Of a DNA stretch of 64,000 nucleotides, positions 34,339-46,059 are shown in pieces. Source of the stretch: Nemertoderma westbladi (Eukaryota > Animalia > Xenacoelomorpha); NCBI GenBank assembly GCA_032718475.1, contig JAUCBJ010002288.1, positions 12,375 to 76,374 on the forward strand. Reading direction: 5' to 3'. The translations under genes were made by a program, and so were the position numbers. Position 1 is the stretch's first letter. Every line of letters begins with the position of its first letter. The notes beneath the pieces were generated by a model. That model worked only from the letters and a program-made list of their open reading frames with translations, ran no database searches and was not told the origin of the DNA.

Positions 34339-34884
34339 TGTTAGCGGATCCAATTCGCTGCACCACCCAGCGGAAAATGGGGAAAGTGGGGATTTACCAA
34401 TTATGTTCGGCTATGTCATATTAGCAATATAATATCACATACCGACACACCAGGGCAATATACATTGCCAGCCAGAGGGAGAGATGCCAGCTCATCTCAG
34501 GGCAGAAGCTAGCCTATTGGCCCAGGAAAGATAGGTCAGCCAATGGTGGGGTGAATTACCATCAATTAAGCGCGCATTCATTGGCTAGGCCAAAGTAGCC
34601 GCAAGTATTGTGTGTAATTATAATATAACCGTTACCCATGATAATTGTGCCTTCAGTTGGCTATATAGAAGTGTAGAAGTCACACGATTTTTAACCGTCA
34701 TCGTTGATCATGCTATTATTGTTATCTGATTGTGCTATATTAATAATCTGACATTACGAACAACTGCAACTATAAAACTCAGTTATTCGTTCGGCCTCCG
34801 GCCTTTCAGAACTGCAACAGCCTTTGAGTAGCCCAGCGGACGCAGCGACCGGTCGGGATCTTCGCCAACTCAAATCCCGTCACA
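34339..34884 (+). repeat. 3' LTR of the BEL element (only the first ~47 bp match the 5' end)
   Basis: TGTTAGC.GATCCAATTCGCTGCACCACCCAG.GGAAAATGGGGAAAG is shared with 20450; follows the PPT; ends GTCACA plus TSD. Confidence 0.7.
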
Positions 34885-35332
34885 GTTTCATTATATTGTT
34901 CGTGTTTTTTTGTAAAAAATTATTTTAATCAAAACGGTCTAACAAAGTGATAACAAACATTAATTTAATAAATAGTAAAATCTACTATAATCCACAACCA
35001 TTTACATCGTCGTATAAACTAGCTCTTTTTACGATTATAGTGCGAGGTGCGAGGTAAATAATAATAAATAAATAACTTTAGTTTATCTTCGAATCAACTT
35101 TTATGGGATTCATAGTTCTAGATTTCAAGAGTTTTTAAAAAGTACTAAATTCTAAAAAGACATGTATTTGTGCAAATACAATAAAAAATGATAACATATG
35201 TTTACAAAGCTGACATAATGATAACCATTAATTATGATGCATAGGGGATATAGATAGGCCTACTGTAGGCCTATATTATTATTTAAAATTCATCAATCAG
35301 CAGAATGCCAAGCAGTATATATAATTAGTTAC

Positions 35333-35721
35333 CTCGTTATCGCTAGAATAGGGAACATTCAACCCAGCGAACGGAACATTGGGGCAGTAGGCGAGGAACA
35401 CGAGACTGAATAGAATACACGAACCGGCTGATATTGCGCAAAGACGTAAAATTCCTCGGCATGTGAGTTTCAGGAGTTTGGAGAGAATGCCTCCGGTTAA
35501 TGTACCGCCGGCCCCGCCCACCACTATAAGTGCACCGAGGATGTAGGAAGCAGTGCTGCTGGTCACACCGAACTGGGTTTGTATGAACTTTAACAGGAAC
35601 ACAGCGCAACCATTTATAAGGAATCCGTTGAGACAGCTGCTAAGTACTACGAACATGTAGGTTGGATTCTGTATTAAATACCAAACGCATTTAGGCAAGT
35701 CTTTTATACTTTCTCCAAAAC
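35333..35721 (-). CDS. SLCO: SLCO/OATP coding exon 3
   Basis: tttcag|(G)FGESIKDLPKCVWYLIQNPTYMF...KFIQTQFGVTSSTAS...CPNVPFAGLNVPYSSDNE|gtaact. Confidence 0.92.
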
Positions 35722-36378
35722 CTGAAAGGAAATCAAAGATTTCTAGTAAGCCTCTACTTCTTGTGTCTCTTATGATTCCTCACCTTGTGTGGTGTATCCT
35801 TCATAGATGAAGTAGTTTGAATGGGTTAATTAATACATACACATAGAGGGAGTGAAAGTGATAGTATTTGAGTACCGGTACAATGTCAACTAGCTGACTG
35901 GTGTATAGAAACTATATGAAATTGCTAGTCCATAGACTTCCAGCTGTTAAGTCTATAAACTTTCACCTAGTAGACCATTTGTCGTAATTTGTAGACACAT
36001 TGACACAACTAAAGTTTATGGAGATTCTTTGAGCCATACAATATGTAGTTTATTGACCCCCAGAGCACTTCTTAAGTTGATAACTTGACCCACACGGTTG
36101 TTTGTAGCAGATAGTAGTGCCGCAAACAACAAACTAACCGTATGTGATAAAAGTGATCTCCAGTCTGTCAGTGAAATTTACCATTATTTTTTAAAACTCA
36201 ATGTTGGTGCTTTGTTTGTGGTAACTTTGCGAGATTAGGGTGTAACTCGATTGCTGAGGTGTTGTTTTACAATTAACATACAAACTACACAGTAATTCAG
36301 AACCAACAAAGATTCGTATTAAACTCCACCTCTCATAAACTGGCGGTTAGACAATATTTAATCCAAGTTTAACGCCAA

Positions 36379-36660
36379 GGTTCCACCTTGGTGTAGTGAT
36401 TGCATTGAATTCACATCTCCCGTAGGTCGTGGGTTCGATCCTCACACGGGCCATGGCAATTTTCGTTTCGGCACGAATGCTTTAAAGGGACCAGCCAGGG
36501 CGCATCTCTGCCTTGCATCCTTATCTGGTAGCTAAATGAGTACTGGAGTTTCCTCTGGGGAGTAAAGTTCTGGGGGACCGCATTGGAAATAAGTCGACAG
36601 ACTTTGAGCGTAATCCCTGGCCTATCGGCCGAAGAAAATGTACTTTTACTTTTTACTTTT
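36379..36660 (+). mobile_element. tRNA-derived SINE in SLCO intron 2
   Basis: Pol III A-box-like TGGTGTAGTGATTG, B box GGTTCGATCC, (TACTTT)n tail. Confidence 0.7.
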
Positions 36661-36722
36661 ATTAATAATTTTATAGGGTCAATACCTCATGTACTGTATA
36701 TGATTGTTTAATGTATATCAAC

Positions 36723-36884
36723 CTGGTTTATCGAGAATCTCATTGGACGCATTCATATGAACTTCCGATGACTTTGACAACTTTGTGTTCCGGAAGTTTG
36801 GAAGACGTTTCGGATAGGCACTGATCGGTACTGAGACAAGGAAACATAAAAAGGCTGAAGGAACGAAACCTAACCACCAATTAC
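36723..36884 (-). CDS. SLCO: SLCO/OATP coding exon 2
   Basis: ctccag|(G)NWWLGFVPSAFLCFLVSVPISAYPKRLPNF...ILDKP|gt; contains the WWLGF part of the OATP signature; phase 1 on both sides. Confidence 0.9.
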
Positions 36885-37342
36885 CTGGAGTAATAAAAAT
36901 TTAAAAATGTGATTTATAAAATATTAGCTAATTATTTTTGTGCGTCGCGTCCTAAGGGATAGGTAGGTCCAGTATCATGGTTACCAGAGGCAAAGTAATA
37001 ATTATTAATAAAATATTTATTTAGGCCTAAAGGATATGTTGGTACTGCTACCCTGAGCACCATGTACAGTAAAAGTAATATCAATATCTTTTGTTAACCT
37101 CTTTGGGGAATTTCACGAAAAATATGTTTTACATAAATGTTTCATGAGCGTTTTTATCAACAATCGCTTCGAAATGACAGCTCACATATCACCACATCAG
37201 ACATGCTTTATGCGATTTCAAAAATTGCAGTGTAACTCTTCGAAAAATAGGCCTAAAAAAAAGAAATAAGAAATTGTCATTTCATTGTTCTTTTAATAAA
37301 ATTATTTATTTACTTTCTGATTTTTTTTGTTTTGTAAATTAC

Positions 37343-38111
37343 CTATAAATAATTGTGAGCTCTCTGGAACTCCTTGTGACACAAAATCCGTTGGAATAGA
37401 AAGAAATATACCACTAAGGAGAAAACCTAACGCAGGGCCTGCTATTGAAACGCTGTAGAAAACCCCCAAATATAAGGAAGAGTCAGATTTCTTAACGTTT
37501 TCATTTATGTATGAGTTGCCGACGGTATATAGTGGCGCGAAACCGATGCCGTGGAAAATCTGGGCTAAAAAGAAAACGTACATATAGTTCGAGAGATTGG
37601 GGGTATCTGAGTCCTGGCAATCAACGTTGCTTGAGCCAGTCACACAGTAGGGAGTCTGATCGGAACCAATCACGTGATACATAGGTGTAGTCACGTGAGG
37701 TAGGAAATATATAAAGGAGCCGACACCGTGTAACACCGCTCCCATTGCGATCCACATACTCTTGTTGTTGTCGCCTAGGTAACTGATAGGTACTAGACAC
37801 AGAGCGCCCGTGATGTCATAGAAGGCAACGATCAACCCAGATTGGGTACTCAGGAAGCCAAAACGACGCTCTAAGGAAGTTATTCCCGTGTTAATGAAAC
37901 CACTTATTACGAGCTGCTGAACCGTAGAAAAAAAACACATGAAGAATAAAAGAAACTTTACGTTGTTGAATATTTGCAACGATTTCGGTTTGAATTTCCC
38001 CCAACCCCAACTTTCATTATCATCGAATCCTTCTGTAGTATCTTTTATTGCGGCTTCATTTACAGGTTGAAGTTTATTAACCGACAGTAACTTTGGTTGT
38101 TCCGCCATCAT
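37343..38111 (-). CDS. SLCO: SLCO/OATP coding exon 1
   Basis: MMAEQPK...ITSLERRFGFLSTQSGLIVAFYDI...YINENVKKSDSSLYLG...GPALGFLLSGIFL. The four exons total 1944 nt = 647 aa plus stop. Confidence 0.93.
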
Positions 38112-39120
38112 AAAATCATATGTACTAATATAGAAACATATAGTTATGAATAAATTAATCAAGAAAATAATATTACGTTCATAAATTGGAAACTTTTAAC
38201 AATAGTTTATATGCCAGTTTCTAAAGGGTAGACATTAAATAAAATGCTAGAAATTAGTGTTTCAATTTCAATATAATTAAGAGAAAGGTAATTAGCAATT
38301 AGCATTCATTCTATTGTCCTTGTACTGTAATTCACTTACAGTAAATTATAGTATCCAAATTATTTGCGTAGATACAATAATACAGTATATAACAAATCAA
38401 AATCACTAACTACACACAGATAATTATCTTGATCGTCCATTAATTAAGATACATTAAATCGATATAACTTCAAACCAAAATTAAAGAAATTGTAGAGCAG
38501 ATATGATTTAAGATAAAGTAAATGTTTAGAGCAGATAGGATATGAGATAATATTAATGTTACTGTGTTAAACAATATTAACTTATCTGTGTTTCTTGGTG
38601 CCTAATGTTATTTGTACTGTATTAAGCCGTGCACAAAAATTAATATAAATAATTATTAACCTCTATTACATTTAAATAACACTACTGTATTATTTATTAG
38701 TAAATTAGCATTTTGTTTGTTTAATGGTTGAATCTCAAATTATACTCTTTATAAACAATATATTGATAAATTGGTTTGGTGGAAAGCTTATTGGATAGGC
38801 GGGTGTGGCTTTTATGCGGGTGTAGCTATTGGCAACAAATGACATATTTTACAAAAGAATTATAGCTACTCCACAGTAACTAACAACTACAGTAATTCAC
38901 TTTACCATTACCGCCGCGAGGTTAAGGAACTTTAATAAAGCCGCTTTATCGCGCAGCTGTATAAATAGTAATTGGTGGTAAATACAGTAGCGGCGTAGTA
39001 ATAATAATATGGTACCATACCGGTAGCATACTTGTTATCAAATAGGGTTGGTGCGCGAAAATTTTTTAATATATCGTCTCAATGTTAAATTACCAATAGA
39101 AAAATATGTATCAATATATA

Positions 39121-39817
39121 CAGTACAGGCCACCAGAAAACGCAGATTTGTACAATTGTGAACACATTTTATCAAATGTGTACCAGTGTAATGTAATGTT
39201 GTTGAACGGGACAATTGAACATAATTGAACATAATTGAATTGGCAACAACCAAACTTTTTTCGCCAAAGGATAAAATTGAATACTTTTGAAACGCTTAGT
39301 AATCTGGAAACTCTCTGTAGTTTGCCGCGAACTGTCACTCACTGCAGCTGGAAATGCGATAAGGATTTTGTTTACCTTTATAGTGTGCGGTTAATAGTGT
39401 CTAGTAGGCAGGCCTATAGTTAGTGATGTTAAGCCATCTTCTGGTGTTTCTCTGTGCCCTCTCGGTGTCAGACTAATGGCGCGACATCTCCCTGCACTAA
39501 ATTAATTATTCAATGGTCTAGGCTCGTCCATCCATATACCCATCCACTCCCATACACTCCATGAACCTCCATGTGGTCTTGTATGTAGTTCTCTCTCTAC
39601 CAATACAGCCCATGTCCGCAATGTTACGTCCTGTGGGCTCTCTCATCTACCTGATATCGGACATACAGGCGCACCGCACACTAAGCCTTTGTCGGCAGGT
39701 CGGTCCCAGCAAGTTAGCTAGATAACTCGCCATAACCTACCAATCAGATGACTTGAACAAATGTGTTCACATGTGATCACATTGGATGAAATCTGCTTTT
39801 TCTGGTGGCCTGTACTG
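39121..39817. mobile_element. Tc1/mariner-type MITE
   Basis: 29-bp TIR CAGTACAGGCCACCAGAAAA(C/A)GCAGATTT, TA TSD; the duplicate region at ~63387 has a clean empty site. Confidence 0.93.
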
Positions 39818-42277
39818 TATCAATAGGAAAAGAGCAGGTTACAGTGGCTCGACATTGTAATCAAATCAATAAACTGAAGTCAATAGAAAATGGTTCAGTT
39901 TTACCTTTTATACAGTACATTCATCAGCTGTTAGATTGTGCATTATTATTACGTCACAAGTCCCCCCCCCCCCCTCTCTGTCTTTAATAAAATATGACAC
40001 ATAAAATTACGCACTAAAATAATATTATTGTGATACACAATTAGAAAATCAAGGTAGAACTAACTCTGCTACAGTACTCGACTGCATTTGTTCCCAGTAA
40101 ATAACAATAAATTTCTTATTTGAAATTGATAAATAAACGTTTAATATGACGTGATTACCACAGAGAGAAAAAATAATCAAGCGTTTAAATACCACTTGGC
40201 GGCGAGAGAAAATACAAATATAACGTTAATAACCACATTGTCACAGGTAATTACAGAGATAATCGCCTGTCCCAGAAGGTGATATACGGTTACAAAACCT
40301 GAAGCAAATATAGCAGTATTTTTAACTACTTAGGCTAATATAGTTAGGCTAGGTTTATTTGTTGAATTATTATAACTTTATATATTTTCCTGGGACAAGC
40401 GATAATCAGTATTTCTTGTAATATTCGGGTTATTTTGGTGATTAATTTTGAGAACTACTATTGTATTTCTCGTAACACACAGATCCACGCCCGAGCATTA
40501 CATTCCCAATTGATCATCATGCTGGCTATTTAAAAAAAAAAACCTTCTAAAACATATTTTGAGGGGAGAGCCACGAAGTAAGGTTAGCCTTTTCGTAGAG
40601 GTAAAAAAAAAAAACATTAATCAATAACCAGTCGATCGATCGGGAATTCCGACTATTTGAACGATATATAATAACCTCAATGAAATGTAACCAAATTTGG
40701 TACACATGTACATACTGTACACTAAGAAATCTGACAAATTATAATATGTCTGCCAATAATGTACTTCTTTTCAGCTGCGTCTTTTCATACTGGACTGGTC
40801 ATCTTCGTGACTTTCTTTTTTTTCCCGTCTTCCAGACGCTTTTAATATATAAAAATGTATCATACAGTAGGCCTACATACTTGTGTTTTTTTTTCCCTGT
40901 ATTGTATTGATTTTCTTTATTCATTGCAGTTTGTGCTTCCCTGCTCGGGGCCCCACCCCACCATACCTAGCTATATTATTATAATTTGTTAATCTAGTCT
41001 GTTGTTTAAATCACTGTGATATGGGTGTTCTTTGCCTGGCATAAATAAATAAATAAATAAATAAATTCAATATATAAACAGTAAAATCAAGAGTGGGAAA
41101 TTCAAATTCAAAGTAAATAATTATCAACCCTTAGGCCTACTGCCTTTGTGCCTTTCTAATGATTTCATGATGTCCCGTCATGTTCGTGCTTTTAAGAATT
41201 AGATAATTTTCACCCTAGGCCCTACAATTTTATTAGCATATAAATCTTGCTTAAGGTTTGCCCACCACCGAGATAGTAACATCGGATATAAATCAGTCTA
41301 CGCGGCAATTTCTTACTTACCAGTGCAGCAGTGCAGACAGCAGTAACGTACCGGTAGTCCTACTGTATGTCATTACTTCTGAGTCTCTAGCGGATCCCCA
41401 ATTAAATGTCTTAACTTTTCAATTTCGTAAAAGATAGACTTTATGATTCTCTACAAGCAACCAAAATTTCAGCTCTGGAAAATGAGGCGTTCCAGAGAAA
41501 TTTAACATTTTCTAAAAACCACATAATCTATCGTAGCTAGCTGGACGTCAGACTGAATGATTTTTCACCAAACTTTCGGCCTACAACTTTCCCTCTACTA
41601 CTTACCTACTAAGTTTGGTTAAATTCCGAACCAGTGATGCCAAGAAATTCGCGTTCAAACATTTACTGGACAGACAGGCGGACGGACGGACCGACGGGCA
41701 GACATGCACAATTTGCCCTTTATGAACCGTATGCCAAGGCTTACCGACTACGTGTCGACACGTGCACACACAGTAGGACGAATCATCAAAATACTGTACA
41801 TTCGTATTTTACTGACTCCAGTAACTGATCTAGACTTTGCCGATGACTTAGGAGTACTTTCAGAATCACTAGAGGGAGCCCAACGGCTCCTCAGCTCATT
41901 AGAACAGGCTGCTTCTAGTGTTGGTCTTTTTATTAACTCCAGAAAGACCAAAATTTTGACAGTTAACTCTGAAAGTCCTCAGCAAGTCTCTGACCGGATG
42001 AGCATAAGCTCAAACAGTCAAAGGATGGTATGCTTGAGCATGTGGACGAGTTCTGTTACCTGGGATCATGGATCCGGAAGTCAGGTGAGGACCTTCGAAT
42101 ACGTAAAGGAAAGGCATGGACAGCCTTGAATAGGCTTTCCAGGATTTGGAAGTCACCGAGAATTAATCGTAAACTTAATGTCCGATTATTTAGAGCAGCA
42201 GTAGTTCCAGTACTCCTCTATGGGAGTCCATGCTGGGCTCTAACTGCTGAGGACACCAAATCTCTGGATGGCACATT

Positions 42278-43515
42278 TGTAAAAGCTTTTGCGTCATTAA
42301 CCGGTTATTTTCCCTTAAAGTACTCTGTAGTTGGTTTGCCAGGCATAAAAAGGCCGTGTCCTTGCTGTACTGGTGTTTTAGAGGACATAAAAGTCATTTC
42401 TTCTGTATTTGAACTGTATTTGTACTTTAGAGGACATAATCTGCAATTTCATGACGTAAAAAGCTCGATACTCTTGAAAACAGTGTCGCTACCATGACGA
42501 CGGCTAACGGCTGATATTGCCACGTTGCAGCTTTCTGTATCTGCCAATAGAATTTGAGTTAGCTTTGATTTTGACCTATCACAGAGCTACTGAACTGAAT
42601 TTTCCTATCTCACTGCTCTTTCTCTGTGTTGGACGGGAGCTTCGTGGAATAAGGGTAGCTGGTATTCTTATAGTTATTCTTATCAGTGTTGTTAGTGATT
42701 CTAAGCCAGGAAGAACGGCTTTAGAGTATTTTGTGCTTTTCTGCTTTAGCCTTACACTAGTAGGCTTAATTATAAGGACATATATCCTTTATCGACCTGC
42801 ATAACATCCATAAATGCGGCATACCATACCAAATCATTTATACCTTAACTTTACTGATTTTGCTGTCGGTTATTCATTATATTTGTTGATGAATTATTAT
42901 ATTGGAATAACGAGAAATAACCCCGAAAACCCAATATTCTTGATATACCGAAGGTAAGAGAGAAGGGTTACATATAACGATTGTGACTTATGTTAAAGTG
43001 GTTTGCAGTGAATCTAATGTTATTTGATAGACCCTACATGATTCAGTCCGTGTTCCTTTTATATGTGACTAAAATCAGTGAAGATCGGCAGATTAGTGTG
43101 CAGTATTGTGCAGCATTGTGTATGAGTGAAACTGATAAAGAAGCATTACCTAAAGAATGCGACATATATGTGAATTATAACTAGGCCATATCGTTGTGAG
43201 TAGTTTAAGTCATAACTCTGTTTATATAGATAGAGCGCCACGTCCTAAAGGAACTGTTAATATTCCCCGAAGGTGAATAATATTGTCAGAGATTATATAA
43301 TACTGTCAGTCGAATAATACATTAGGCTTACATAGCAATACGATTAAGCCGTCGAAGTCAATCTCCCGGGTATATCCAACGGGTGAATGATCGCGCACAG
43401 ATTGGTTTCAACTAGTGTAGTGAATCAAATACTTGTTAGAGGCTAAAGCGATTTATTATCTAGAAGACATCCTAATTTGGCGGGTTAAACTGCCAAAGGT
43501 CTGAAAGCGCGAACA
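42278..43515 (+). repeat. 5' LTR
   Basis: TGTAAAAGC...GCGAACA, near-identical to 54105-55342. Confidence 0.96.
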
Positions 43516-43582
43516 ATAAAGGATATAGCTTCTTTATTGCAGTAAGCAATAAAGTTGAAAATACCGGTCAACCGGTAAACTT

Positions 43583-43710
43583 GAACCGGTACTTCTGTAG
43601 GTCAGTAGGCCCAACTGCCAGAACCGGTACTGCTGTAGGCCCGTAGGTCCAACTGCCAGAACCGGTACTTCTGTAGGTCCGTAGGCCTAACTGTCCTAAC
43701 CGGTACTTCC
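43583..43710 (+). repeat. 38-bp tandem repeat (~3.3 copies) in the element leader
   Basis: GAACCGGTACT.CTGTAGG...GTAGG.CCAACTGCCA at 43583, 43621 and 43659. Confidence 0.85.
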
Positions 43711-43882
43711 CGTATAAGTACATTAGTATTATTCGATTTGGATTATTATAGGCCGGTAGGTCTTAATAATTAATCGGGGACGCCTGGTTTTTATTGAGAT
43801 TTTACTTATTTCTGTCAAGTTTTATTTGTTTGTAGGCCAGTATTGAACAGAAGACGTGTAAGCCTGATCAGATTGTACAGAC

Positions 43883-44740
43883 AATTTGTAGGCTGAGCTG
43901 TTGTCTGATTGCTGTTAGGTCTGAACGGATTACAGTGTGTGTAGAGCACCTGTCCGATTAAGTACGGTTAGGAAGTAGGGGCAGCAAATGCTGTAAGGTA
44001 AACCCCCAGCTAAAGAATAAGTCGTACTACTGGGTTAGAACGCATACTGCCTAATCATTTCGGAGTCTGCATGTCCTGTGGTTTATTTAGGCTTGATAGT
44101 AGTCTGCCATCGTTTAGTCTGTACTTTGTTTGTGTAAGTCTGTACAGGTAGCGTATAATATTTATTTAGATAATTTGTAGGCTGAGCTGTTGTCTGATTG
44201 CTGTTAGGTCTGAACGGATTACAGTGTGTGTAGAGCACCTGTCCGATTAAGTACGGTTAGGAAGTAGGGGCAGCAAATGCTGTAAGGTAAACCCCCAGCT
44301 AAAGAATAAGTCGTACTACTGGGTTAGAACGCATACTGCCTAATCATTTCGGAGTCTGCATGTCCTGTGGTTTATTTAGGCTTGATAGTAGTCTGCCATC
44401 GTTTAGTCTGTACTTTGTTTGTGTAAGTCTGTACAGGTAGCGTATAATATTTATTTAGATAATTTGTAGGCTGGATAATTGTCTGGCTGTTATTAGGTCT
44501 GAACGGATTGTAGTGTGTGTAGAGCCTCTGTCCGATTAAGTACGGTTAGGAAGTAGGGGCAGCAAATGCTGTAAGGTAAACCCCCAATTAAAGAATAAGT
44601 CGTACTACTGGGTTAGAACGCATACTGCCTAATCATTTCGGAGTCTGCATATACCGTAGTTTGTTTAGGCTTGATAGTAGTCTGTCGGTATTTGGTCTGC
44701 ATTTTGTTTGAGTAGTTTGTACGCGTAGCGTAATATTTAT
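43883..44740 (+). repeat. 289-bp tandem repeat x3 in the element leader
   Basis: AATTTGTAGGCTG at 43883, 44172 and 44461; third copy more diverged. Confidence 0.92.
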
Positions 44741-46059
44741 TATTCAGAGTTTATGCGATTATTCGCAACATTCATATTCCCCAAGTTTGTTCCTACAGTA
44801 ATTGTGTTTGTTATACATACCATTATAGTTAAATTAACCCCGGTACTACACGGGCTGCTTGGCGTAGGTAAAGACTGGTGATTTTGTGCATCGGTCACTC
44901 CAGCAGATGCCGTGGTTCTTTTAGCTGTTCAAGTATATTTAACTACTGATTATCTGTTGTACAAGTACTCGTACCTAATTTAGGGTTTAGTGTACAGTGC
45001 TTTCCGAAAGTAATTATTGTAGGCATTATATTTGTGTTGTAAAGTGGTTGATAGGCACGTTCGATTAGCTCTATTAACTTCTAGGTAGGAACACTCCGTG
45101 ATACATAACGTAGAACCTATGGCGATACGGCCATAGGTCGTCAGGCGGTGGTATTTTCCTATCTAGACAGCGCAGTGTATTTACTACTACGTATTATTTC
45201 AAATACCGCAGTACCCTGTCCGTTGTAATAACCAGATTCTAACCCTTTGTTAGACTGGTTTGTAGACTTCTTGTAAAATCACCCTAAAATTTCGTATTTT
45301 GTGTTTTTTGTAAATTTTTGTGTTTATTTAGAGATTGTAATCTCAACCCGAATTGTACGTAATTTGTAGTATTAAGTAACTTAGGTAAATTAGAATTATT
45401 TGTTTTAGTGTCCTATAAGTAACACTTCACTGAAAGCGCACCGCTTTGTGTAGTGATTACTCCCCAGAAATAATAACATTTATTTCAAACATTGACAAAA
45501 CCCATTAAAACGGGTATATATATATTATAAATCAAATCTAACGATTTATAAATAGTAGGCCTACCATATAACAATTAGGTCTCAATATCAGTTGGACTAC
45601 TGCTTAAATAACGGTAATAAAGTAAGTTAAAGTGACCAAGTAACCCTAAAGTTCAGAAATTCAATTATTCTAAAATAATTGATATACCGGTATTTACGAT
45701 AGGCCTATTATAATATTTATATTTGTGCTGAAAGCATACCGGTATTCTGAAATTAATTCAGTTAATAACTATACTTATATATATACTACAAACTGTCAGC
45801 TGTACCGGTATTCCCGATAGGCCTATTATATATTTATATATATTTGTGCTAAAATTATACCGGTATTCGGTGATAAACCTAGTCTGTAATAATAGTTATA
45901 TATACTATAAGCATACCGGTATTCTAATATATTATATATATATCACGCTACACTGAGTAGCAGTACCGGTAATTAATTACTAGGCTAGCAGTTAATACTG
46001 AGTTACTAGACTTACTCAGACTGTAATACAGCAGTAGACATTCAACGGTATACATAGTC

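Larger units (their letters stand above)
20450..34884 (+). mobile_element. Decayed BEL/Pao LTR retrotransposon in SLCO intron 3 (antisense to the gene)
   Basis: TG...CA ends with GTTTC on both sides (20445-49, 34885-89). G-rich PPT before the 3' LTR start at 34339. Domain order gag-PR-RT-RH-IN. Confidence 0.88.

Noticed and set aside
36385-36450. Possible tRNA gene
   Set aside because: A/B boxes are present but no convincing cloverleaf, and the body and simple-repeat tail fit a SINE.
42517-43184. Hydrophobic 95-aa and 64-aa ORFs, repeated at 54344-55011
   Set aside because: They lie inside the LTRs, so the duplication is explained by LTR identity; no recognisable motifs.
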